Assembly (NCBI GenBank): GCA_937982115.1
Contig: CALJNE010000006.1
Coordinates: 515 to 64,514 of the forward strand
Reading direction: 5' to 3'
DNA from: an uncultured Bacteroidales bacterium
Lineage (GTDB): Bacteria; Bacteroidota; Bacteroidia; Bacteroidales; ML635J-15
Length of the DNA stretch: 64,000 bases
The position numbers were made by a program, and so were the translations under genes. This document shows positions 49,827 to 59,506 of this stretch, one piece after another; position 1 is the first letter of the stretch, and the number at the start of each line of letters is the position of its first letter. Under the pieces are notes generated by a model. The model saw nothing but the letters and a program-made list of their open reading frames with translations, made no database searches and was not told the DNA's origin.

Positions 49827-50528
49827 TTAATTTTTATTTTTTTCAATAAATTTCAAATATGCACTAAAACAAGTATGCAACATGTTTTTTAAACCTGTTG
49901 AAGTAATCGTACCACCGGATATTGCATCAACAGCATGAATATCATTGCCAACTCCACCCTTACGTACATCAATAGACACAAATTCCCCGTTTTCGTTAAA
50001 AATTGTTTTTCCGGTAAAATTCATTTGAAAATTTTCCGTAGAAATTTCGGCTCCTAAACCTGGAGTTTCGGATTTATGGTCAAAATATGCTCCTGTTATA
50101 GTATTCAAGTCTTCCTTGAGAGCAACATAACCCCAAATAGGTCCCCAAAGTCCCGTACCGTAAAACGAAAAAATGTATGATTTCTCACCATTAGGCATTG
50201 TTGCAATATATACCGGCCATTTTTGATTTTCAGGCGTTGCTCTTAACTGATCTTTTAAGTTTATTTCCAGAGGATTGATTCCTTCTATTTTTTCGCCTTC
50301 GGTATTTATTACAAACATTTCTTTTATATATTGGTCAAAAACCTTCTCCACATCATTTTTATCATAATCAATTTTTATTGCAGATAAAATATTTCTTTTC
50401 TTTTCAAGATCTATATTTCTTTTTTGTTTTGGTTGCAAGAATACTGAAATCGAAGTTAACACCAGCGCAACAATAACCACCATTGCAACCGAATAGATGA
50501 AAATGTACTTATTACTATTCTTATCCAT
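49827..50528 (-). CDS. nqrC: Na+-NQR subunit C
   Basis: GTGLWGPIWGY, HKSETPGLG, VDAISGGTITS FMN attachment site. Confidence 0.96.
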   Translation of the reverse strand: MDKNSNKYIFIYSVAMVVIVALVLTSISVFLQPKQKRNIDLEKKRNILSAIKIDYDKNDVEKVFDQYIKEMFVINTEGEKIEGINPLEINLKDQLRATPENQKWPVYIATMPNGEKSYIFSFYGTGLWGPIWGYVALKEDLNTITGAYFDHKSETPGLGAEISTENFQMNFTGKTIFNENGEFVSIDVRKGGVGNDIHAVDAISGGTITSTGLKNMLHTCFSAYLKFIEKNKN

Positions 50529-50530
50529 AA

Positions 50531-51712
50531 TTATGAATTTATTTTTTGAAGACGTTTTATTCTTTTCTTAATATTTGATTGAATTACCATATAATCAATA
50601 AGTGGAGCAAAAACATTCATTAATAATATTGCTAGCATCATCCCTTCTGGATAGGCCGGATTTAATACACGGATAAGAATTGCCAGAAATCCTATTAAAA
50701 AGCCATATATATATTTACCTTTTTCGGTTTGAGCAGCAGTTACCGGGTCTGTGGCCATAAATACCAATCCAAAAGCAAATCCACCAAGTAATAAATGTTC
50801 GTACCAAGGTAGTGCCATATAGGAATTTACTGCGAAAATATTTAAAAGCAATCCCATTGTTATTCCACCTATTAAAGTTGACAACATGATTTTCCAACTT
50901 CCTACTCCGGTTAAGATAAGAATAAAAGCTCCAATTAATATTGCAGCGACAGAAGTTTCTCCAACGGAACCAGGGATAAAGCCCCAAAACATATCCGATA
51001 GAGTTACACTTTGCCCCAAACCGTTAACAAAATTAGTAGTCCCGGCAGCAGCTTGACTTAACAGCGTTGCTCCGGAAAATCCATCAACAATATTTTCGCC
51101 TGACATCATGCCGCTAATCCAGACTTTATCTCCGGACATCCATGCAGGATAAGCAAAAAACAAAAATGCTCTGGCTGTTAATGCAGGATTTAAAATATTC
51201 ATTCCAGTACCGCCAAAAATTTCTTTACCTATAAGAATAGCAAAAGCAGTTGCAATAGCGAGCATCCATAATGGAATATCTGCAGGAACAATTAAAGGAA
51301 TTAACATTCCTGTTACAAATAATCCTTCGTTAACTTCATGCTTTCTGATTTGAGCAAAAGCAACTTCAATTGCCCCTCCAACAGCATATACTACAATATA
51401 GAGAGGAATAATTTTTTTTAGACCGTAAAGAACGTTTCCCCAAAAAGTTGGTTCTTCACCTATTGCTAAAAAATGATGATTTCCGGTATTCCATATACCG
51501 AAAAATAAAGCCGGTAATAAAGCAATGAAAACAATAATCATATTTCTTTTCATATCCATAAAATCACGGATATGTGCACCCGTTCGTGTAACCTTGTTGG
51601 GCACAAACAAAAAGGTCTCCATTGCATCAAAAGTAGAATGCAAAAAATAAAACTTGCCTCCTTTTTCAAAATTAGGCTTAACTTTATCGAGCGTTTTCCT
51701 TAAAAAATTCAT
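50531..51712 (-). CDS. nqrB: Na+-NQR subunit B
   Basis: HIRD..DMKR, KEIFGGTG.N.LNPAL, DGFSGAT FMN site, FMATDPV. Confidence 0.97.
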   Translation of the reverse strand: MNFLRKTLDKVKPNFEKGGKFYFLHSTFDAMETFLFVPNKVTRTGAHIRDFMDMKRNMIIVFIALLPALFFGIWNTGNHHFLAIGEEPTFWGNVLYGLKKIIPLYIVVYAVGGAIEVAFAQIRKHEVNEGLFVTGMLIPLIVPADIPLWMLAIATAFAILIGKEIFGGTGMNILNPALTARAFLFFAYPAWMSGDKVWISGMMSGENIVDGFSGATLLSQAAAGTTNFVNGLGQSVTLSDMFWGFIPGSVGETSVAAILIGAFILILTGVGSWKIMLSTLIGGITMGLLLNIFAVNSYMALPWYEHLLLGGFAFGLVFMATDPVTAAQTEKGKYIYGFLIGFLAILIRVLNPAYPEGMMLAILLMNVFAPLIDYMVIQSNIKKRIKRLQKINS

Positions 51713-51724
51713 TGTTTTTATGTT

Positions 51725-53074
51725 TTAAGCAAATTCTTTACGTACCAAATCTAAACCTCTTCTCAAAATACTTTGAACTTCAATTTTTGAAGTACAAACA
51801 TATTCACAAAGAGCCAAATCTTCTTCAATCACTTCGTATATTCCCAATTGTTCCATTTTATCAATATCTTCGGCAAGAATGGCTTTAATCAATATTTGCG
51901 GGTAAATGTCAATCGGACAAACTTTTTCGTATTGTCCTGTAACAACATAGGCTCTTTTGCCGCCATGAAGATTTGTATCAATCTCGTATTCTTTTTTGGG
52001 AAACAATTTTGACAGGAACGTGGCAGAAGCAGAAAATTTATTAATTCCGGGCTTGACCCAACCCAAAAATTCATACTTATTCCCCTCGGGTATGGCACAT
52101 ACAAGATTATCAAAAAAACCTAAGAATGGACGTTCGGTAATATTTGTTCCTGTAAGAACATTTCCCGAAATAATTCTTGCATTTTGAGTTTTAACATTTG
52201 TCTTTATAATTTCAGAAAGGTTAGCACCGGCAATAGTTTTATAATAGCCGGGATTTTTAACTTCTGAGCCGGCAAAAGCAATTATCCTTTCGGGGTAATA
52301 TCTTCCTGTTTTTATAAGATTTCCAATAATTGCCAAATCTGTAGCTTTAAGTGTCCAGATTATCTCGCCTTTGTTTATAGGTTTTATTTTATTAATATGT
52401 ACACCTGATAATCCGGATGGATGTGGACCATCAAAATAATACTTTTTAATATTTTCGACTTCAATAATATCGTTTGCCAGTACAGTATTTTTATGAAAAC
52501 ATAAAAATACATTTCCATTGGTTAATTTTTTGATTTTACTCAGAGCAAGATTTATTTCGTCAATTTTATCTTTAAGAATAAAATCATAGTCTGCTGCTAA
52601 GGGAGCTGAGTCAAAAAAGCTGATAAAGATATCGCGGGGAGTATCCTTGGGATCGGGAATAATTCCGTAAGGCCTTTGTACAAAAAGTGGCCAGATGCCT
52701 GAATTAACAAAAACTTCCTTTATTTTTTCAGAAGACTGTTCATCTGCAATTAATGAAAATTGAACAAAATCATTCAAATTATTTTTTTGAATAATAATTT
52801 CAAGGATTTTTCTTTTTTCACCTCTAATTACTGACAAAATTTTTCCACTCACAGGAGAAGTAAAAACTATTTCGGGACGATATTTATCAATAAACACAAC
52901 CTCACCTGATTTTACTTCGTCATCTTCCTTTTTAATTAATTTAGGAATCAATCCCGGAAAATCTGCCGGTCGAATTGAAACAGATTCAAAACTAACCTCA
53001 CCAATAATATTTTTTTCTGGTTTACCGGCTAATTTAATATCCAGACCTTTGCGAATTCTGATAATGTTATTCAT
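51725..53074 (-). CDS. nqrA: Na+-NQR subunit A
   Basis: IRKGLDIKLAG, FTSPVSG, RGEKR, QRPY, GPHPSG, EEDLALCEYVCTSK. Confidence 0.96.
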   Translation of the reverse strand: MNNIIRIRKGLDIKLAGKPEKNIIGEVSFESVSIRPADFPGLIPKLIKKEDDEVKSGEVVFIDKYRPEIVFTSPVSGKILSVIRGEKRKILEIIIQKNNLNDFVQFSLIADEQSSEKIKEVFVNSGIWPLFVQRPYGIIPDPKDTPRDIFISFFDSAPLAADYDFILKDKIDEINLALSKIKKLTNGNVFLCFHKNTVLANDIIEVENIKKYYFDGPHPSGLSGVHINKIKPINKGEIIWTLKATDLAIIGNLIKTGRYYPERIIAFAGSEVKNPGYYKTIAGANLSEIIKTNVKTQNARIISGNVLTGTNITERPFLGFFDNLVCAIPEGNKYEFLGWVKPGINKFSASATFLSKLFPKKEYEIDTNLHGGKRAYVVTGQYEKVCPIDIYPQILIKAILAEDIDKMEQLGIYEVIEEDLALCEYVCTSKIEVQSILRRGLDLVRKEFA

Positions 53075-53133
53075 TTATAATTGACTTTAAACTAAATTTC
53101 AAAATAAACAAAAACTAATTTTAATTATTTTGT

Positions 53134-53164
53134 CAAAATTATGATAAAAATCATAATTCTCAAA
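53134..53164 (-). promoter_or_regulatory. Full sigma-A-type promoter of the nqr operon (TTTG-N19-TAATTTTG)
   Basis: Minus strand TTTG at 53164-53161, 19-nt spacer, TAATTTTG at 53141-53134; 60 bp upstream of nqrA. Confidence 0.6.
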
Positions 53165-53186
53165 AAAAATAATAGAGCATTGTTTC

Positions 53187-53202
53187 TGTTAAACAATTAA
53201 CA
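53187..53202. promoter_or_regulatory. Rex-like operator palindrome TGTTAA-N4-TTAACA
   Basis: Perfect inverted repeat TGTTAA-ACAA-TTAACA upstream of the nqrA promoter. Confidence 0.5.
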
Positions 53203-53240
53203 TAGCTTTATAATAACAAAAAGTTTAAAATTTTGTTTTA

Positions 53241-53265
53241 AAAAAAACAGGCATAAAGCCTGTTT
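53241..53265 (-). terminator. Intrinsic terminator after the SPFH gene
   Basis: Minus strand AAACAGGC-TTTAT-GCCTGTTTTTTTT, 15 bp after the stop. Confidence 0.8.
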
Positions 53266-53280
53266 ATAAAAAATTGAATA

Positions 53281-54399
53281 TTACATAGGTGGTACGGGAG
53301 GCGGTACTGCACCAAACAGAGCCTGTAATTCAGGGACTCGTTCGGCAGCATCCCAATTTGCCATACCTTGCTTCCAAACTAAAGTTTGTTTTGTAATTTG
53401 ATTTTGAGCAATAAGTTGTTTTATAGTATTCAAATCATAAGGGCCTGCTTGCTGACCATTTATAACGACATGAAATACAACTGCGTTAGGTATTGGTGGT
53501 GGCGGAGGAGTTACTTGCTGTTGATTATTAGGATTATTTGCCTGATTCATTGAGTTCATCATAGAATTTGCCATAGCGAAGCCCATTCCCAACCCCATGC
53601 CATCAGCAGCACCGCCACCAGCTGGATTATTTGCTGCAGCTTCCATTGCATTAGCAGCCTGGAATTGTGTATATTGATTCATGTTGCCAATAATACCCAT
53701 ACTCGAACGTTTGTCAAGTGCTTCTTCAACATTTGGTGGTAAGGAAATATTTGAAACTAAAAATTTGGTCATTTCAAGACCATAATGTCTGTATTCTTCA
53801 ATAATAAATCCACCTACCTTTTGAGAAAACTCATTTAAGTTTGCAGCCATATCCAGTACCGGTATTTTTGATTCCCCAATGGCATCAGTAAATCTTGTGA
53901 TTATAATATTTCTCAACTGATTTGTAACTTGTTCGGTAGTAAAATTGCCATCAGTACCAACAATATCTCTGATAAAAACAACAGGGTCCACAACTCTAAA
54001 TTCATAAACACCAAAAGCACGAATACGAATTGGACCGAACTCAGGATCTCGCAGCATAATTGGATTAGGAGTTCCCCATTTATTGTCGAGGAATTTTTTA
54101 GTATTCACAAAATATACCTCAGCTTTAAATGGGCTATTAAAACCATAACTCCATCCTTTTAAAGTTGAGAGGATCGGCATATTTTGAGTTTGAAGAGTGT
54201 ACATTCCGGGAGGAAAAACATCAGCTATCTGTCCTTCATTTATAAACACAGCAACTTGAGATTCTCTTACGGTGAGCTTTGCTCCCATTTTTATTTCATT
54301 GTTGTATCGTTCAAAACGATGTACAATAGTGTCATTAGTTGGATCTAACCATTCGATAATATCAATAAATTCGCCTTTAAGTTTTTGAAAAATTCCCAT
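53281..54399 (-). CDS. SPFH/band-7 domain protein (YdjI-like) with C-terminal GYF_2 (DUF4339) domain
   Basis: EFIDIIEW, LTVRESQVAVF..G, SPFKAEVYF, WGTPNP.MLRDPEFG; MG.GMG linker; PPPPP; GQQAGPY...TLVWKQGMANW. Confidence 0.9.
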   Translation of the reverse strand: MGIFQKLKGEFIDIIEWLDPTNDTIVHRFERYNNEIKMGAKLTVRESQVAVFINEGQIADVFPPGMYTLQTQNMPILSTLKGWSYGFNSPFKAEVYFVNTKKFLDNKWGTPNPIMLRDPEFGPIRIRAFGVYEFRVVDPVVFIRDIVGTDGNFTTEQVTNQLRNIIITRFTDAIGESKIPVLDMAANLNEFSQKVGGFIIEEYRHYGLEMTKFLVSNISLPPNVEEALDKRSSMGIIGNMNQYTQFQAANAMEAAANNPAGGGAADGMGLGMGFAMANSMMNSMNQANNPNNQQQVTPPPPPIPNAVVFHVVINGQQAGPYDLNTIKQLIAQNQITKQTLVWKQGMANWDAAERVPELQALFGAVPPPVPPM

Positions 54400-54403
54400 A
54401 GTT

Positions 54404-54748
54404 TTATAATTTTAAATGTATTTTTAATTCTGTTAAATGTTCTTTTAATGATGTAAAAATAAATAAAATTTCTATATTATAGTCAATTAATGTATTATTT
54501 TTTTTTGCTTCCTGTTCTAAAAAATTTAATTTTTCATACAGTATATCAAAACTAAGCGTACCCACAGAACTTTTAATGCGATGGCAAAAAAAAGCTATTT
54601 CGTTAAGATCATTCTTAGACGAAATTTCAATTATTTTATTCTCGAAGATTGGTAATTGACTTTCGAACCAGGAGACAATTTCTTTGATTAATTCGATATC
54701 TCCGGCAGTTCGTTCATACAAAGATTTATAATTAATAAATATACTCAC
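54404..54748 (-). CDS. Stand-alone Hpt (histidine phosphotransfer) protein
   Basis: All-helical 114 aa with CHRIKSSVGTL (HxxKSS); GTG start. Confidence 0.75.
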   Translation of the reverse strand: MSIFINYKSLYERTAGDIELIKEIVSWFESQLPIFENKIIEISSKNDLNEIAFFCHRIKSSVGTLSFDILYEKLNFLEQEAKKNNTLIDYNIEILFIFTSLKEHLTELKIHLKL

Positions 54749-54766
54749 AATAATAAACTAATAATT

Positions 54767-54794
54767 AAAAAAAGTCAGCTGTATGCTGACTTTT
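54767..54794 (-). terminator. Intrinsic terminator after the LytTR regulator
   Basis: Minus strand AAAAGTCAGC-ATACA-GCTGACTTTTTTT, directly after the stop. Confidence 0.8.
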
Positions 54795-54800
54795 AAACTT

Positions 54801-55514
54801 TTATCTTCTTAATAAACGTTTATTGACAAATTCAAGAAATACATCTCTGTAAGAACGCCCGATAGGAATTTTATTTTCTTTAATATTAACATAATTACCA
54901 TCAATATCATCAATATGGTTTACATTGATAATAAATGATTTGCTAACTCTAAAGAAAATATCTTCAGGAAGTTTGTTATGAATTGTTTTAACATTCATGG
55001 CTGTCATGTATCTGCCGTGAGTAGCATGAACGATAACATAATCTTTAAGCCCTTCAATAAAAAGTAATTCATCAAATTTAATTTTGATATATTTTCTTTC
55101 AGATTTGATAAAAATAAAATCGTCTTCGATAGCTTCGAAAACAGCAGTATTTTTAGAAAGTTTAATATACTCCTCAGCTTTAGCAACAGCTTTAATGAAT
55201 CTATCGAGTTTAATTGGTTTTACCAGATAATCAACAACATCCAATTCGTAAGCTTCAACAGCATACTGAGGATAAGCAGTAGTAAGAATCACCATAGGTG
55301 GATTAGAAAGGCTTCTAAGAAATTCTAAACCTGAGATTCCCGGCATTTCGATATCAAGAAACATGATATCAACGTCGTTCTTTTTAAGAAATTCATTAGC
55401 ACTGGCAGCATCTTCGAATTCTCCTACAAGTGTTAAGTTGGATAATTCTCCAATGTTTAATTTCATACCTTCTCGTGCCAGAGGTTCGTCGTCAACAATA
55501 ATACATTTCATCAT
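54801..55514 (-). CDS. LytTR family DNA-binding response regulator
   Basis: IIVDDEPLA, FLDIEMP, TTAY, DYLVKP receiver; FIEGLKDYV, FFRVSKSFIIN, IPIGRSY LytTR domain. Confidence 0.95.
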   Translation of the reverse strand: MMKCIIVDDEPLAREGMKLNIGELSNLTLVGEFEDAASANEFLKKNDVDIMFLDIEMPGISGLEFLRSLSNPPMVILTTAYPQYAVEAYELDVVDYLVKPIKLDRFIKAVAKAEEYIKLSKNTAVFEAIEDDFIFIKSERKYIKIKFDELLFIEGLKDYVIVHATHGRYMTAMNVKTIHNKLPEDIFFRVSKSFIINVNHIDDIDGNYVNIKENKIPIGRSYRDVFLEFVNKRLLRR

Positions 55515-56551
55515 TCTAGATTTATTTTTAGTTCAACATTAAAATAATTATTTCCATTATCAATTTTTAATTCATATTTATCTTTATACAACAAATCGAG
55601 ACGTCTTTTTAGATTTACCAACCCTAATCCTGAATTTTTCATCTCGTTCTGTTTTACAATTGTTTCATATTTTGAATTTTTCACTGCAAATATAACATAT
55701 TTTTCTACAATATTGACAAAAATATGAATAAAATTTTTATCTCCTTTATTTTTTATTCCGTGCTTAAAGGCATTTTCAATTAATGGAATAAAAATAAAAG
55801 GATGTATCATTAAACCGCTAAAATTGCCATTTTGTTCAAATTTTATATCAACATTGGTAATTCTCATTTTTTGTAAATCAACATAATTTTGTAAATACTC
55901 AATTTCTGATTTTAACAAAACTTTGTCATCGGAACATTCATAAAGTTGATATCTTAATAAATCAGAAAGCTTGAGTATCATTTCAGCCGAATTTTTAGGG
56001 TCGAGTCTTGTCTGGATGTATAAAGTATTTAAGACATTAAACAAAAAGTGTGGATTAACTTGTGTTTTTAGGAAATCCAATTCTGTTGATAATTTATCTT
56101 TTTGAAGCTCATTTATCTTCGATAAACTTTCATAATTATATTTGAATAATTTTATTCCTGCTCCGCCAATAATAAAAATCAATGAGAGCTGCAAATTATA
56201 GAACTGGCGTTGTACTATATCAGAAATATTTTCAGCAGGAATTTTAAATATATAGTTTAGATTTATAAAGTTTAATGTGAAATTAACTGCAACAATTCCT
56301 AAAAGACTTATTAAAAACATTTTAGGATTTTGATTCTTAATTATGTAAGCCGGAATAACTACATTAAGTAAATAATAAACTGATAAAATATCAATAATTA
56401 TTACAAAGACATAATTGTATATTCCATTAAAACCGTATCCAAATTCAGCGATTACCACACTATAAAGCAAATATAAAATCCAAAATATAAAATGACTCAA
56501 TATTCTATATTTAGGATTAAAAACAAAAGTATTTTCTATGATATTTGCCAT
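55511..56551 (-). CDS. LytS/YehU-type sensor histidine kinase
   Basis: About 4 TM helices; LKTQVNPHFLFNVLN, LSDLLRY, IENAFKHG, SGLGLVNLKRRL. TATATTTG -7 box at 56566-56573. Confidence 0.93.
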   Translation of the reverse strand: MANIIENTFVFNPKYRILSHFIFWILYLLYSVVIAEFGYGFNGIYNYVFVIIIDILSVYYLLNVVIPAYIIKNQNPKMFLISLLGIVAVNFTLNFINLNYIFKIPAENISDIVQRQFYNLQLSLIFIIGGAGIKLFKYNYESLSKINELQKDKLSTELDFLKTQVNPHFLFNVLNTLYIQTRLDPKNSAEMILKLSDLLRYQLYECSDDKVLLKSEIEYLQNYVDLQKMRITNVDIKFEQNGNFSGLMIHPFIFIPLIENAFKHGIKNKGDKNFIHIFVNIVEKYVIFAVKNSKYETIVKQNEMKNSGLGLVNLKRRLDLLYKDKYELKIDNGNNYFNVELKINLE

Positions 56552-56650
56552 TTTGATCCTTTTTGCAAATATAAAAAAATAAATAATATGTCCGAATAAA
56601 AATGTAAAAAATTTAAATAATTTGATATTAAATAAGCGTAAATAAGCTAT

Positions 56651-57382
56651 TTATATATTTTGATGTCGATTTTTCAAATAACTTTCGAGCTTCAAAATTG
56701 CTTCTGGTTTTCCCAAATCGAGCATAAATTTATTATCATGATTATAAGCTTTTATATCGTAATGTTCGGATATACTCAATATTTCAGGAATAATAGGAAA
56801 AGATTTTTCTTGAGATTTGAATAAATAAAAAATCTCGTAATTAAATGCGTAAATTCCGCTAAAAGCTTGTTCGTCGGAATAATTTGGTCGTGAAATAATT
56901 GAAGAGTTTGTTTTATATGATTTCCACCCGCATAAATTCAGGTTATCGTCAAAAAGCAAATAATTTGAGCTATTACGATGCGATACCGCTAATGTGCAAA
57001 CAGTATTGTTTTTTAAGTGAGTATTGAAAAAATCTTTTAAATCAATTTCCGAATAAATATCAACATTATGAACTATAAAATTTTCATTTTTATCAATAAA
57101 CTTTTGAATATTTAAAAGACCTCCTCCAGTATTTAAAAGCAAATCGCGTTCGTCGGAAATATCAATACGAATTCCAAAATCATTTTCTTTAAGATATTTT
57201 ATTATTAGGTCAGCAAAATGATGAACATTAATAATTAAATGATCAACCCCTACACTAATAAGTTTTTCAATTAAAATTTTCAACATTGGTTTTCCACCAA
57301 CTTCTACCAAAGCTTTAGGCTTTGTATTTGTAAAAGGAGCCAGCCTCGTACCGAGGCCGGCTGCAAAAATAAAAGCTTTCAT
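56651..57382 (-). CDS. Nucleotidyltransferase (MurU / sugar-1-phosphate NTP-transferase-like)
   Basis: IFAAGLGTRL.P.T..KPKAL, INVHH, SDE..LLNTGGG, HNVDI, AFSGI, DLGKP. Confidence 0.88.
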   Translation of the reverse strand: MKAFIFAAGLGTRLAPFTNTKPKALVEVGGKPMLKILIEKLISVGVDHLIINVHHFADLIIKYLKENDFGIRIDISDERDLLLNTGGGLLNIQKFIDKNENFIVHNVDIYSEIDLKDFFNTHLKNNTVCTLAVSHRNSSNYLLFDDNLNLCGWKSYKTNSSIISRPNYSDEQAFSGIYAFNYEIFYLFKSQEKSFPIIPEILSISEHYDIKAYNHDNKFMLDLGKPEAILKLESYLKNRHQNI

Positions 57383-57410
57383 TCTAAATGATATACTTAT
57401 TAAAGTAATA

Positions 57411-59060
57411 CTACATCAAAAAGCTTAACAGAATACCTGCTGCTATAGCTGAACCAATAACACCACTAACGTTAGGAGCCATTGCATGCATAAGTAAGAA
57501 ATTGGAAGGATCTTCTTTATGACCAAGCTCTTGAGCTACTCTGGCGGAATCTGGGACAGCAGAAACCCCTGCAATTCCAATTATTGGATTAACAGGATTT
57601 GATTTGGGAGAAAACCAATTCATTATTTTAGCAAACATAACTCCAGCAGCAGTAGCAAAAATAAATGATAAAGCTCCCATTATAAATATCAACACAGAAT
57701 CAAATGTAAGGAAAACGTCGGCTTGAGTAGATGCTCCCACAGTAATCCCAATTAGAATGGTAATGGTATCTATCAAAGGATTAGCTGCAGTTTCGGCTAG
57801 CCTTCTGGTTACTCCACTTTCTTTAAGGATATTGCCAAAGAACAACATCCCAAGTAAAGGTAAGGCTGTTGGAGCAATATATGTTGTTATAATAAGACCT
57901 ACTATTGGGAATAAAATCCTTTCAAGTTTTGAAACCTGACGTGGAGGTCTCATTTTTATTAAACGTTCTTTCTTTGTTGTTAAAAGTTTTACAACAGGTG
58001 GTTGCAAGACAGGGACAAGAGCCATATAAGAATATGCTGCTATAGCAATTGGTCCAATAAGATTTTTAACATAAATCGGATCACCTGCTGCATTAAATCC
58101 AATAATATTTAAACCATTAGCAAGTTTAGATGATGTAAAAATTGCTGTTGGTCCGTCAGCTCCACCAATTATACCAATAGCACCTGCTTCAGAGGGATGA
58201 AACCCTACCATCAAAGCACAGAGGAAAGTAGCAAATACTCCGAATTGAGCAGCTGCTCCCAATAACATTAAACGAGGATTACTAATTAAGGAGGAAAAAT
58301 CTGTCATGGCACCAATGCCCAAAAAAATCAGCGGTGGATACCAACCCTGAACAACACCACTGTAGAGTATATTCATAACTGAACCGGGTTCATATATACC
58401 TAATTTCAAGTTAAAATCAACTGCCTGAAACATAGGTATATTTCCTATTATTATACCTACTCCAATCGGCACCAAAAGTAAAGGTTCATAATTAAATCTT
58501 ATCGCGAGAAAAATAAAAATCAAACCGACCAATAACATTATTAAATGTCCGGATGTAGCATTTGCGAATCCTGTAAATTCCCAGAATTTTAATAAGCCAA
58601 ACATTGCAACAGAACGGTTTTTATATAAAAAGCCGTAATTGTCAACCAAACAATCAGCGTCTTTTAATATTATGTATCGGTCAGGTAAAACTATTATTTC
58701 GCTTTTTGTTACATAATCTCTGGATGATGTATTTGGGTCGTTATTGCGGAAATAATGTACTACTTCTGTGGGATCGAATTTAAGATAAATAGTATCATTT
58801 TGAATTTTATAATGACCAACGTATTCATGCTTAGCCGAATCAAGCGAAAAAGTTCCGTCTTTTCTAAAAGATAAAGTTTTAAATCTACTAACTGTGGTAA
58901 TTTCATCAGATTTTGAAGGCATAATCGGAGTTGGATAATAACCTCCTGATTTATTCATCCATTTACCATTTTGCAGTATATCCGATAAATTTTCTGCATT
59001 AAGAAAGTTTGCAAAAAACAACAAAACAACTGCTAAATAAAGTACATAATTTTTTTTCAT
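57411..59060 (-). CDS. mmdB: Na+-translocating (methylmalonyl-CoA) decarboxylase beta subunit with N-terminal extra domain
   Basis: YEPLLLVPIG, PPLIFLGIGAMTDFS, LGAAAQFG, IGIIGGADGPT, AAYSYMALVP, GVSAVP, HAMAPNVSGVIGS; the first ~150 aa are additional. Confidence 0.93.
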   Translation of the reverse strand: MKKNYVLYLAVVLLFFANFLNAENLSDILQNGKWMNKSGGYYPTPIMPSKSDEITTVSRFKTLSFRKDGTFSLDSAKHEYVGHYKIQNDTIYLKFDPTEVVHYFRNNDPNTSSRDYVTKSEIIVLPDRYIILKDADCLVDNYGFLYKNRSVAMFGLLKFWEFTGFANATSGHLIMLLVGLIFIFLAIRFNYEPLLLVPIGVGIIIGNIPMFQAVDFNLKLGIYEPGSVMNILYSGVVQGWYPPLIFLGIGAMTDFSSLISNPRLMLLGAAAQFGVFATFLCALMVGFHPSEAGAIGIIGGADGPTAIFTSSKLANGLNIIGFNAAGDPIYVKNLIGPIAIAAYSYMALVPVLQPPVVKLLTTKKERLIKMRPPRQVSKLERILFPIVGLIITTYIAPTALPLLGMLFFGNILKESGVTRRLAETAANPLIDTITILIGITVGASTQADVFLTFDSVLIFIMGALSFIFATAAGVMFAKIMNWFSPKSNPVNPIIGIAGVSAVPDSARVAQELGHKEDPSNFLLMHAMAPNVSGVIGSAIAAGILLSFLM

Positions 59061-59074
59061 CTCACCAAATTTGA

Positions 59075-59497
59075 TTATTCAACTTCAATCAAAATATCAT
59101 TCTGCATCACAGCTTGACCTTGTTTTACTTTTATAGCAGAGACAATGCCATCAAATTCACAAACAATATTGTTTTCCATTTTCATGGCTTCCATAATCAA
59201 TACTGTTGTTCCTTTAGTTATCTTATCGCCTTCTTTTACTTTTATATCAAGAATATTTCCTGGCAAGGGAGCTCTTACTGATTTAATACTGCCGCTTGAC
59301 TTTGGTTGGACAGGTTCATTTTTAGCAACTTCTGGTTTTGGTTTACGAACTATAGGAGCAAAAGTTTTTTCTTTTTTCTCTTCGAGTTCAACTTCGTATG
59401 TTTTTCCATTTACGCTTAATAATACAATGTTTTCCTTTTCTTCAACTACATTAACATTGTATTCTTTACCATTAATTTTGAATTTATATTCTTTCAT
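59075..59497 (-). CDS. mmdC: Biotin carboxyl carrier subunit of the decarboxylase
   Basis: APLPG, EAMKMEN biotinylation motif. Confidence 0.93.
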   Translation of the reverse strand: MKEYKFKINGKEYNVNVVEEKENIVLLSVNGKTYEVELEEKKEKTFAPIVRKPKPEVAKNEPVQPKSSGSIKSVRAPLPGNILDIKVKEGDKITKGTTVLIMEAMKMENNIVCEFDGIVSAIKVKQGQAVMQNDILIEVE

Positions 59498-59506
59498 TTT
59501 TATGCG

